From the NCBI GenBank assembly GCA_009914755.4, contig CP086569.2, positions 62,144,001 to 62,208,000 on the forward strand: DNA of 64,000 nucleotides, written 5' to 3'. Below are positions 21,831-33,840 of this stretch, in pieces. A model generated the notes under the pieces. That model did not search any database. It was not told where the DNA came from and worked only from the letters and a program-made list of their open reading frames with translations. Origin of the DNA: the human T2T-CHM13v2.0 reference genome, Homo sapiens. How positions within the stretch are numbered: position 1 is the first letter of the stretch; every line of letters starts with the position of its first letter. A program made the translations under genes and the position numbers.

Positions 21831-23839
21831 TTATCGAGAACCTTTCCTTTTGTGCAATTCAGTATATTTTGGGGGGTAAATTTTAAACACCAAATAATCC
21901 TCAACAAACAAATGTACAAATAGTTCCTGAAATGAGGCAAATATACTCCTCCTGGAACATAAAACAATTCAAATTTCCAACAAATTTATCAAATATGTAA
22001 ATAAGTGTTGATAACTTGAAAAACAAAAAAGGAATAAAATCATGATACATCAACATGAATGAACCTTGAAAACATTATGCTAAGAAGCTAGACATAAAAG
22101 GACAATTTTAAATAATTCCATTTATATATTTATATTAAGAGATAAATGTGTTTTCATATCCCAATTTTCTCCTCATCTATTCATAAAAGGCAAGCTGCCC
22201 AAAGGAAGCATGCAACACTGCAAGGAATGCAATTTAGTGTGGCTGGGCAACTTTGGCTGGAGGGGGTACAGAAGGGAGAAAGAAGATGGAAGACAGTCTA
22301 AGACTCAAGGCATCTTGCGACTCTGAGACTTCAGAGGTGAGGCCACCTATGAACTGGGTGGATGTTTGGGAAAACATGTAATTCAAGGCAGTTCTGAAAC
22401 TCTGTGGGTTTTGTGTGGATTCCGAGGTAATCCTACAGTAGAAAGTCCAGCCAAATGGTGAGAATAAGCAAGAGTCTTGGAGAAAAATGAACAGAATGAA
22501 GGCAATGTCCTACCATAATGCATGCTCTTGCAAGGACAGACAGACACCATGATATCCTTAGGATCTCCTGAGGCAGTTTGTGTAAAAGGAGGCAACTTGC
22601 CACCAAAGTGGGAAAGAAGTGGTTAAACAGCAACAGTAGGGCTCCTGCTTCCTGGAGCTGTTGGGTGACATTTCCCTGCAACAATCCTAGAATCTTAAAG
22701 TGTGGTGTCGGTTTCACTTCGGATTCCAAACGGGAAGGGACTTTTCCTGGCAAACGCAGTTTAAAGTGTTTCTTTCAGTGTCATGCTGTACAGAAAAATA
22801 CTAATCCCACAGAGAAAATTAGTCACAAAAACAGAAGGAAAAAAATACAACATGAGTGCAGACCCAGGACACTAAAGTCAGAGAGACAGAACCACAGCCT
22901 CGCACAACCATTGCTCACATTGTGTAAAGCATTACTGGAAGGAAACAAAGTCTTCAATAGAAACCTGCTGCACCACTCTTAGCAAACTCCTTTTGTTTGA
23001 CCTGGGGCCACTTTACCTGTGGATTGTTTTGTAGCAGATTTTCCAGGTAATGCTTAGATTTTTCATGCTCCCCCAGTTCATTGGATTGGGCTTCAGGGGT
23101 TCTTTCTGGTGTGTGTCTGATTCAGATTGTATTTTAGGAATACTTAGAATTGAGGAAGAATAGGATGCTAAGCTACTGAGTGCAAAGCCTCTTTACTAAC
23201 TTCCAATAATATCTGAACTCATGTCTAAGGAACATAGAAGCATCTTTCAATTCCTAGTCTCATTTTCTCACCATTCAAATGTTCCTTAGGGAGAATAGAG
23301 ATCCTATGCAAGTCTCAGGAATTGCTCTAGAGAAAACTATCTTTCCCCAAGCTTGAGAAACTTATCCCAGACCAACTTTCTTTCCCCAAATTTTGTTTAA
23401 ATTAAAAATAGGCAACTAGAGGGGGTCAGCTAGTTGGTGTTCCATAGATGCTTTCCTTGAAGCAGGGTAAAGAGCTTTGATTTATTCTTAATTGTTTCTG
23501 TCATTTAAGGGTGCATCAGAGACCCTGTTGTAATATTAAATTATATCACTATTGAGGAGCCCATAAGGCTGGGGCCGGTACAAGGATCATCATGAAGTGC
23601 AGCTATTGAGAGCTACTGACAACTTCTTAGAGGTGTGGCTGAAAGCAGCTAGCAAGAATATAAGAGACAAAATCTTGTGTTGAGGGAAGTCACCTGTGAG
23701 AGCAGCAGGTAGATGTTGAGGCTTGGGAGACCTTATTGTTCTAAGATACCTGGCCTTGTCTTCCAAACAAAAAATCATCCTTGACATGCAGAAAGACTAC
23801 TGATTTCTCAATAGATTTATAATGGAACAGATATAATGA

Positions 23840-24010
23840 TGTGACCTGGAGCAATTTCTTTAACCTCATACAGAATCAAATTCCCCATCTGCACATAAAA
23901 GTATTTACCTCATAGGTTTATTGTGAAGCTTAAGATAAAATATGTAATTTACCTTGCATAATGCTTGGCATATAGTAAGCACCGAATATACATTAGTTAT
24001 TAATATTGTT
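23840..24010 (+). mobile_element. MIR SINE 3' half
   Basis: …CATCTGCACATAAAAGTATTTACCTCATAGGTTTATTGTGAAGCTTAAGATAAAATATGTAATTTACCTTGCATAATGCTTGGCATATAGTAAGCACCGAATATACATTAGTTATTAATATT matches the MIR core/tail. Confidence 0.55.
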
Positions 24011-27000
24011 ATTTTCATGAGCAAACCTAGTAGTGATAAAAGCTCAGAAACACTGGGTAGGAGCTTGAGCTAGCTACAGAGAACTTGAATTGTAACCTGG
24101 CCTTCAGATTCCTCATCAGAAGGGTGGGACCAGGAATAAGAGCGAGCGTTACACTTGGCTCAAGTCCAAACTGCATGACTGCACAAACACTGTAACTGCT
24201 CTGTATTCAGACACATTTGAAAGGATTTTTCCAGCATAAATTTCTAAATGTGCTGCTTGTTTTGTAATTCAATCTAGGGCAGCAGCAGCAGTGCTATCAT
24301 TATTTACATTTCTAGCTTTTGGTCTTGGATCCAAAATATTTGTAGCAGTGTGAATTGGCTCATAAGAAAATTCTTCTCTTTTCTTCAAAAAAGTTTCATG
24401 TTACTTTCTTTTATACCTGTAAGCAAGTAAATATTAATAATCTTTTACATTGATTTGTTTCTGAGACATTTGGTCAGAAATAATTTGCAGAAATAAATTG
24501 ATTCAGACACTGTAGCTAATTTAACATTAATTTTTTCCTATTTCTTTGATTTTTAGAAATTATTCCAGTAGAGGAGAACCTCATCAGCAACATATTAACT
24601 TTCTAATATTGTTAATACAATTTTTTCATTTTAATGAACAAAAGGCAATACAAAGACCTTGTAAACAATTAGAAAATCATCTTGCCCTCAATTAAATTTT
24701 CTATTCTCCAAGATTTAAATTTTCAACAGTAACCTAAATAGCTGTTAACCCTCTATTCATGAGTGTAAAGGGGAGAAAACATTTTTGTTTATGTATATGT
24801 CAAGTCTTAAGATTGTTTCAATAGTGACCAGTTCCTTTTCAGTCTTTCCTTTACCTTGGTTGTGTTTGAGTCTTAAGTTCTCGGACATTAATAACTGCAC
24901 ATTGGGTACTCAAATTCTGGAAGGACTAACCTGGCTGATCTATAATGGACAGCTGTGCATGACCCCAATAAATGAACTCCTGCATAATCTGCAACTAGTC
25001 TAGACTACAAGCAGTAAATAGTTGTTGAAGGATGAATGATGGAATGGTCAGGACTTTTCTATGTAAGAAGGCTACTGAGAGTGTTCACTCCACACATAAG
25101 GTTTCCAGGTACTATATGTTTCTATTTCTGTCTGTATTTCCATTTACTCTTTCTTTAAATCTTTTATTGTCTCCTCTTGGCTCCAAACTGTGGATCTGGG
25201 ACCACATGCGACTCCAAGTAAACTTTCAGCCCTCAAATGACCTCAGTATTACATCCTTCCTGAAGTATCGCAGAATTTTTCTCTAAATTAAAGGAGAATC
25301 ACAGGACGTCACACTTAATGACTGCTGATTCAAAATTAATTTTCCTTCCTTTGATGCCTAAATCTACTTCAGCACATAATTATAGAATTCTGCTTTGGAA
25401 GGGGCCCTAGAGCTTAATCTAATTTTCAACTAATTGCAGGATTCATTATTAGAGAACCAATGATAGTTTGTAAATCAGTCTTTGAGCATTTACCTGATAA
25501 AACTATTCCATCAGTAGTTAGAAACTATTCCATTAGTACTTAGCTCTTAAAATGAGCTAAGACCCACCTCCTTAAAACTTCCTTTGAGCAAAGCTTCATG
25601 GCCCCACAAAAGAAAAGATTTTCCTATTTTCATTTAAAATATCATATTATTAAATTATCTCTAAATGGCAAATATAGCATATTTTAACAGGAAGTATTCC
25701 TAGTGGTTCTATCTCCATTAATCCATACTCCAAAATATTGCCCACTCTTTTAAGCTACCAGCCCTATGCAGTATCCCAAATATCAGTGCCAAAACCAGAA
25801 GTGCATCCTCCTATTACATTAATAATAATTTTACAGTATGGTGGCAGGAAATGCACTTTCAGTTCACTGGCTATAGCTATTAAACTATGAGGAAATGACT
25901 GCCTGGAAGGCAGCCAGGTCCTTGGCTTAAAGGCCAACTCTGAGGAAGACAAAGGTAATACAAGAAGGGAAACTATGCCACCTGACCAAAAACGTTATTG
26001 AGACACTCTAGAGCAGTGCTTCTCAACTCTTTGTGGTGAAGGAACTTTTTTTTTTTAATTTCCAATCGGCCATGGACTTTTGTAAAATACGAAATGATGC
26101 ACTTGGATAAAGCAGCAATGTGAAATGCTCTAAAAATGTCTAAATACTTACCATTTGTATACTTGATCAGTATAATTATATACTTATACGATTTATATAC
26201 TTATTATACTTATCTCATAAGGGACTGGTAACAAACAGTTTTGGAACTGGTGTGTGGAACACATGCTGAATAGCACTGTTCCAGAGAGGGAGAAAGGATG
26301 AGAATTACATTTGCCATCCTATTCTTTTAGTATGGTTCAAGTGACATGCTAGAAAGGAACTATTCCTGCTGCTGGTAAGTACCAGAGATGTGTGTATGTT
26401 AAACATAAGATTGGTGGCCCTGCTTAACAAGATAGTAAACACTTGGCTATAAAGATAGTATCGATGAAAACAATTGCCATTTATAAACCATGTTTAAAGT
26501 AGTTTAATGATGAAATCTTGGCTAATCATATGAATATGGGGAAAAGTATGTTTGCCCAGAAGTAGGTGGTATCAAAAAGCATTTTCTCACAGTTATGTAA
26601 TTACCAAGAATAGAGTTTAGGGAGTGACTCTACCAAGCAGGCAAAAGAGAGGACTTCCAAGAGAGTAATTTTGTCAGCAGAAACCTGGAATAACCCCAAG
26701 GTCAGAGGTAGTAAGGAGGGAAAGGGACTTGACAATAGGATGATAGATAGTATATTTCATTAAAGGAATGAGGAATAGTTACATGAATTCTTCCTCTATA
26801 AATGATGTTTGCTCCAAGACGAAGACTTCTAAAGGAAGAATTCTGACACTGAAGGCTATCATATTGGGAATCAGGGCCAAAGAACAGGGCAATACCTCAT
26901 GGAATGTCTGACTGCTACATGGAATCAGAAGACAAGCTAACCATCCACCATGAAGGGGAAATACTGGCTTTTCTCTCTTTCCACGTACAATAAACAAGAG

Positions 27001-27419
27001 ATAGGGCAATCAGATTCTGCATTAATTGCCAAGGGAACAAGGATTTTTCACATGTACAGAAAATATGAATTCCAGCTAAAAACATTTTCTAATCTAGGTC
27101 TTCATATGTAAATGTAAACAGGCAACCGAGAATCATCAAATTGAGTGAAAACCAAAAACATTAGATCCACCAGACTCAACCAACACAATAACTAATGGTT
27201 AAAGAAATAGTATGTGGAGAAAACAGAAGTGAACTATATGGATAAATAGGATTTAGAGAAAGATTTTTCACACTCAATCACACAATGCCCAATACATAAT
27301 TAAATACCTTGGATCCATAAAATAAAAATAAGCTTTTACAAAAAAGGAAGTAACCAGAGTTCTTAGCTATAAGCAATATAATCCACTTGGGCTTTTCTAA
27401 AAGTAAACAAATACCTAAT

Positions 27420-29600
27420 GAGTGGTAACTATGTGTTGGTTATTCTTTTAGGCACTGGGGATACAGCAGTGAGTAAAATAGACATTCCCTGTCCTTAAAG
27501 AGCTTATATTCCAGTCAGAGGCTAGAGATTATAAGGAAATAAACATATGATTGAGGTAGTGATGGCAGAGTAAGGGAGACAGCAAGTGACAGGGGTGTGT
27601 GTAAGTGTGTCTGTGTATGCATGTACGTATTATATAGATAGAGTGGGAAGAGAAGGCCTCTCTGATAAAGTAACATTTGAGCTAGGAATCAAAGGAAGTG
27701 ATGAGGTGAATCAAGAGCAAGAGAAAAATATTCTGAGCAAAAGGAACACAAAATAAAAAAAATTTGAGGTGGAAGTATCTGGGGGTTTTGACTAATAGCA
27801 AGGACACCAGTTTGGCTTCAGTGGGCTGTGTGAGAAAGAGTGATAGAAATTGAGGTGAGGGCAATAAGAATAGGCCAAATTATACAGGACCTTGTAGACT
27901 ATTGTATTTTGGCTTTCACTATGATTTTTGCCTGGGGAACTAGAATAACTAAGGTACTGTTTATTATAATGGAGAAAATTATAGGAGAATCAGTTAATTT
28001 TTGTTGGAGAATGAAGAGCTGAAGTTTTGGACATGTTAACTAGGAGATGTGTTTTAAATATTCAATTGGAGATTTTGAATACCCAGTGGGATACATTATT
28101 CTGGAGTTCAGAGGAGGGATCGAGTCTATAGATATTAATTTGAGAGTTATTTAAAGTCATGAGACTGCATGAGATCAGCTAAGGAATGAATGTAGATAAA
28201 CAATAGAAGAGGACCAAGGATTGAGTCTTACATTACTTCAGTATTTTGCAGTTGGGAATTAAAATATCACCAGAATACATATACACCATAGAATACTACA
28301 CAGTCATAAAAAAGAGTGAAATCATGTCCTTTGCAGCAACATGGATGCAGCTAGAAGCCATTATCCCAAGCAAACTAATGCAGGAACAGAAAACCAAATA
28401 CCACATGTTCTCACTTACAAGTGGGAGCTAAACATTGGGTACACATGAACATAAAGATGGCAACAATAGGCACTGGAGACTAGTGCGGGGGGAAGGGAAG
28501 AGTGTAAGGGTTGAAAAACTAACTGTTGGGTACTATGCTCACTACCTGGGTGACGGGATCAGTTGTACCCCAAACCTCAGCATCACGCAATATACTCATG
28601 TAACAAACCTGCACATATACCCTCTGAACCTAAAAGTTGAAATCATTTAAAAAAATGAATTTAAAAATATCACCAGAGGACATTGAGATGAAATAAATAG
28701 TGAGATAGGAAAAGTATAAAGAGGCTACCTGAAAGCCAAGTAAAGAAAGTGTTTCAAGAAGGAGAGAATAATCAACCATGTAAATGATACCAACAGGTTA
28801 AGTAAGATGAACACTGATAATTAACCTTTGAATTTAGCAATATGGAGATCATTGGTAATGTCAGCAAGGGTAGCTTGTAAAACAATGTCATCAGTTAAGA
28901 GTGAGAATGGAGTACTAGATTTTGGAGGTTTAAGGAGAGAGCAGATGGTATAAAATAGACGGCTGGTGGGTTATAAAAATGTCACAGCATTGCCAAGCAG
29001 CTCGAAAAGTCCACTTGAGGTTAATGGTCATGAATTTAAAGAGCCTAACATTAAATGAATACCAAACCAGTTAACATGGAAACAGAAAAGGTGGAAAGTT
29101 GGATTTAGGCATGTTTGGATTTTTTCAGAGGTGACTATGATGAATTGAAAGAAGGGAAAAGAAGTTAATGGTATATGCTTGGAAGTGTAATTGTAATGAT
29201 GAACCATGAAATCTAAAGTCAGGTAAGAAGAGAAGTGAGAACATGTGTAGAGTGAATGGCAGTAAAAAGTAATAGGGGTCAATGAATTTGAGGTCCCAGT
29301 AGGTTCAAGAAAATGTTGGAATTGGGGCATTAGAAGGAGTGAGCAGAAAAGACAGGAAAAGATGGCTTGAAAAGGGGATGCTGAAATTGAGATTGTGTAA
29401 GTAGTATAGCTATTTATTAAAAGAAGGCTGGAAAACCAAGCTTGAGGTTCAGCTTCCAGAAATAATGTCCAGGACCATTGCCACAGCACTGCCCTGATAA
29501 GAAAAACTGTTGCTCCTACAATTAGATGCCAAGAAATTGGCTTTACTGCAGCAGCTACTGCTGCCAGCACTGATGCCACTACTTTATTAAGAACTTGACC
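27420..29600 (-). mobile_element. LINE-2 (L2) 3' ~2 kb fragment in reverse orientation, interrupted by an L1 3'-end fragment at 28250-28660
   Basis: Starts with the reverse complement of the L2 3' terminus (AGGCACTGGGGATACAGCAGTGAGTAAAATAGACATTCCCTGTCCTTAAAGAGCTTATATTCCAGTCAGAGG). Internal L2-like stretches (GAAGGCCTCTCTGATAAAGTAACATTTGAGC; GTTTCAAGAAGGAGAGAATAATCAACCATGTAAATGATACCAACAGGTTAAGTAAGATGAACACTGA…GCAATATGGAGATCATTGGTAATG). Confidence 0.45.
28250..28660 (+). mobile_element. LINE-1 3'-end fragment (L1PB/L1MA-like) nested in L2
   Basis: …YTIEYYTVIKKSEIMSFAATWMQLEAIIPSKLMQEQKTKYHMFSLTSGS / TGGGTACTATGCTCACTACCTGGGTGACGGGATCAGTTGTACCCCAAACCTCAGCATCACGCAATATACTCATGTAACAAACCTGCACATATACCC – canonical L1 3' terminus. 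Confidence 0.8.
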
Positions 29601-30134
29601 CTGCAATCTCTGCCATCCCCCAAAGTCAAGTCCCTTTGCTACTACCTATTCCAACAATGGAAACCATACAGTTCTACCTTCTGCATGGCTTCAATTCTGA
29701 ATCAGTCTCATGTCAGGGCATCTTACTGGTAGAACATAAGTCATATTCCTACATTGTAGTTTCAACACAGACGTTTGAGTTGTGACTTCTACATTTAAGA
29801 GGTAAATATTATAATGTAAGAATTTTTTCCAAATATAGAAAGGCTATACATGATATGTTGGTCAGACACAAATATGACAAATGTTTACTATATAGATTTT
29901 TAAAATTAAAAATACAATTGCCAAAATATTTTCCCCTTACTAAAGGGGTGACTAGTGGTATGTACACAACTGAAAACAGAATTACTTTGTTGAAGATTGG
30001 ACATAGTGATTCTGCCAGGATGCAATATAAAAAAAGGAAATTGTATGAAAAAAGTAAGAGACATATAGATATTTATGAGAATCCCAATATCTGTTTAATG
30101 AGAGTTGGAAAGAAAAGGAAAGCAAGGGAAGGGA

Positions 30135-30176
30135 AATAAAATAAAATAAAATAAAATAAAATAAAATAAAATAAAG
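30135..30176. repeat. (AAATA)n simple repeat
   Basis: AAATAAAATAAAATAAAATAAAATAAAATAAAATAAA. Confidence 0.9.
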
Positions 30177-31249
30177 GAAAGGAAAAGGAAAGGAGGGGAT
30201 GAAGAAATCAAATAATGGACTAAAATTTCCTTAAATTGAAAAAGGACTTAAGTGTTCAGATTGAAAGAGCCCACCAAGTCTCAAGTAGCAACAATGGGAA
30301 GAATGACACATGTCTAGACAGATTCTGGTAAAAATTTTAAACTATAAAGTCAAAGTGAATATCCTCTTCCAGGCACCTTGGTGTAGCACATAAGCTACAT
30401 ATCCCTATGGGGTAGCTCTATTGGATCGCTAACTCACCCCTTCACCAAAATTAACTCAAATGGATCAAAGAGCTATCAAAAAATATGAAATCATCAAAAG
30501 ATAAGAAATACTAAAAAAAAAAGCACAAGGAGATAAGGCACAAAACCTAGATGCTATAATTCCATAATGGAAAACATGATCGATGAGTTTGACTGCATAA
30601 CAATTTAAAACATTTGCAAAGCATGGAGTATTATAAGTTAATTAAAAAGACCAATGGCAAAGTGATAAAAAAGTAATGTTTATGCTATAGGTTTAATGTC
30701 TTGATATATATATATATTACTTTTGATATTTAAATGTATCTATTAAGTTCTTACAGATCCATAATAAGAAAAAATAGAAAAAATGGACAAAGAACAAGAA
30801 AATACAGTTCTCAAAATGAGACATATAAATAGCCAATATTTATATTTAAAAGTATTGAATCTCACTCAAATTTTTTAAAACTCAAGATATCATTTTTTAC
30901 TTCTCAGATAGAAAAAGGTTGAGAAATTTGATAATATACTTGGTTGGCAAGAGTGTGAGAAAATGAGCATTCTCCTAAACTCCTTACCAGTAAGCTTTTT
31001 GGAGAGCAATTTGGCAATATTAATCAACATTTCAAAACATGTATTTGTCCCAGCATTTTCTCTTTAGAAATTTGTGCTATAGATATATTAGCACAAATAT
31101 CCAAAATACATGTAAAAGATATTTATTGCAGCATTTTTGTAATACCAAAAGTCTGAAAACAATCTAAATATTTATTAGTTAGAGACAGGTACTTCTGGCA
31201 AAGAGAAGAGTCAAATATAACAGGAGTCTGTTTGCTTGAGGACTAAACA

Positions 31250-33120
31250 GTCTCCCAAATGTATTCTTTAAAAAACAGCTTTATTGAAACATAATTCACA
31301 TGCAATAAGTCACCCATGTAATGTGCACAATTTAATAGTTTTTAGTATATTCTCAACGTTGTACAACTATCACCACTATCTTATACCATAATGTTTTCAT
31401 CAACCCAAAAAGAAACCCTGTACCCATTAGAAGTCACTCACAATTTCTCCTTTCCCTCAGTCCCTGAAACCACAAATTGACTTTTCTTTGTGGATTTGCA
31501 TTTTCTGGACATTTCACATAAATTGAATATTATAATATATGACCTTTTGTGTCTGGCTTCTTTCATTTATTGTGATGTTTTCAAGGTTCATTCATATTGT
31601 AGGATGTATCAGTGCTTCGTCCTTTTGTGTCTAGAAAATATTCCATTGTATGGATAGGTCATGTTTTGTTTAGCCTGTCCTACTGAACAATCTTTCAACA
31701 ATTATTCTGAATAATCCTATTGAACATTCATGTACATGTTTTTGTATAGACACATGTTTTCAACTTTTTTGGTTATATATCTAGGAATGGAATTACTAGA
31801 TCATATGATAACTTCATGTTTAACATTTCAAGAAAATTCCAAACTGTCTTCCAAAGTGGCTGCACCACTCACAAAGTGCTGTGAGATTTACAATCTCACC
31901 AGCAGTGTATGAGGCTTCCAATTTCTTCACATCCTCACTACCACGTGTGATTGTCTGTTGTTTTGATTTTGGCCATTCTAGTGGGTATTAAGTTGTATCT
32001 AATTTTGTTTCTGCTTTGCATTCCCCTAATGACTGATGTTATTGAGCATGTTTTCATGCACATATTGGCCATTTGTGTGTCTTTGAAGAGATGTCTATTC
32101 AAATCCTTTGCCCATTTTTCCATTTGTTTCTTTGTTTTAGTTGTTGAGTTGAAGATCTTTATCTATTGTGGATACAAGTTCCTTATCAGATATATGACTG
32201 GTAAACATTTTCTCCTATTCTGTGGGTTGCATTTTCACATTATTGATTATATTTTTGGCAGGAAAAAAAGGTTTTGATTTTGAAGAAACGTAATTTATCT
32301 ATTTCTTCTTTTGTCACTTGTGCTTTTCTTGTTGCGTCTAGGAATACTATGCCTAATCCAAGGTCACAAATATTTACTCCTATGTTTTATTCTAAGAGTT
32401 TTGTAGTTTTGGCTCATACATTTATGTCTATGATTTTGAGTTAATTTTTTGTACAGCATATGATTTGAAGTAGGAGTCCAACTTCATTCTTTTGCATGTG
32501 GCTATTCAGTTGTTGCAGCACCATTTGTTGAAGAGATTATTCTTTCTCCATTAAATTGTGCTGACTCCCTTGTAGAAAATCAATGGATCATAAACGTAAG
32601 GTTTTATTTCTGGACTCTCAATTATATTACATTTGACTATATGTATATCCTTATTCCAGTACTATACCATCTTGATTACTGTAGTATTGTAGTAAGCTTT
32701 GAAGTCAGAAAGATTTAATACTTTTATTTTGTTCTTCCTTTTCAAGATTGTTTTGACTATTCTGTACCCCTTGCATTTCCATATGAATTTTAGGGTTCAT
32801 TCATGAATTTTTGCAAAAAAATCTGGCTGGGACTTTGATAGGGATAATGTTTTCTGTAGATCACTTTGGAGAGTATTTCTATCTTAACAATATTAAATCT
32901 TTCAATCTACGAATATGGAGTGTCTTTCCATTTATATAGGTCTGCTTTAACTTCTTTCAACAATGTTCTGTGGTTTTCAGTGTATGTCTTGTATTTTTTT
33001 GTTAAATGTATTCCTATTTTATTCTTTTAGATGCTATTGTAAATGGAGTTGTTTTCTTAATTGCATTTTCAGGTTGTTCATTGCTAGTGTATAGATATAC
33101 AACTTACTTTTGTATATTGA
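31250..33120 (-). mobile_element. Old LINE-1 (L1M class) ORF2 3' portion, reverse orientation
   Basis: Reverse-complement L1M motifs: CCATTGTATGGATAGGTCATGTTTTGTTTAGCCTGTCCTACTGAACAATCTTTCAACAATTATTCTGAATAATCCTATTGAACATTCATGTACATGTTTTTGTATAGACACATG…; GTGGGTATTAAGTTGTATCTAATTTTGTTTCTGCTTTGCATTCCCCTAATGACTGATGTTATTGAGCATGTTTTCATGCACATATTGGCCATTTGTGTGTCTTTGAAGAGATGTCTATTCAAATCCTTTGCCCATTTTT. Confidence 0.65.
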
Positions 33121-33124
33121 TTAA

Positions 33125-33275
33125 TCTTGTATATTGCCATGTAGCTGAACTTGTGTGTGTGTGTGTATTTTAAATAGAGAATTTGCTATGGAATTTTGTT
33201 ACAAATAGATATATATAATTGCAAAAATAATTTTGTGTGCATACTCACACGTGCGTGCACACACACACACACACC
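33125..33275. repeat. (TG)n and (CA)n dinucleotide runs flanking a short spacer
   Basis: GTGTGTGTGTGTGTATTT at ~33140; CACACACACACACACC at ~33258. Confidence 0.8.
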
Positions 33276-33589
33276 CTGTAGGCTGTTGGGTAACAGCAGT
33301 GGAAAAAATAAGTAAAAAGTCTAACTGGAGAGTAATGAGATTACTAGTGCCTAAATCTCAGAATTCTTAGTCAAAACTTGCAGTAAAAAGTGAAAGTGAA
33401 CACATCCCAGTTTAATCTTTTACCCCAATGTCTTTAAATTGCTTCGCATTTTACTTTATTAAAAGCAAAAGTTAATCTTCTTTATCAGCTCAGAGCTATT
33501 TTAGATGCTTCCCAATCTTCAGTCTTCCTTCCCCTGTAACTACTCCCTCTTTATTTAGAAGGCATACAATAGACATTAACCCTAATGTA

Positions 33590-33840
33590 GAGAAGTAGTG
33601 TGGCATGGGAGTTGAGGGTATGGGCTCTGGAGTTAAACTGCTTGGGTTCAAATCTCATTTATGCTATATATTTGCTGTTTTGCCTAAAACATACCTTTAC
33701 CTCTCTTGGCCTCAGTTGCCCTATTCTAAAATGTGGGTTATTTTGGCACCTTCCTTAGAGGATTTTTGTGAGATTATGTATATAAAATACCTGAAACAAT
33801 ACACTGTAAATGCTCAATAAATGCAAGGATGTCATTAATA
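33590..33840 (+). mobile_element. MIR SINE
   Basis: GTGGCATGGGAGTTGAGGGTATGGGCTCTGGAGTTAAACTGCTTGGGTTCAAATCTCATTTATGCTAT…CCTCAGTTGCCCTATTCTAAAATGTGGGTTATT…AATGCTCAATAAATGCAAGGATG matches MIR 5' to 3'. Confidence 0.65.

Noticed and set aside
29028-29606. 192-aa minus-strand ORF
   Set aside because: Lies entirely inside the L2/L1 repeat block. No recognisable domain, hydrophobic low-complexity composition, no splice or promoter context.
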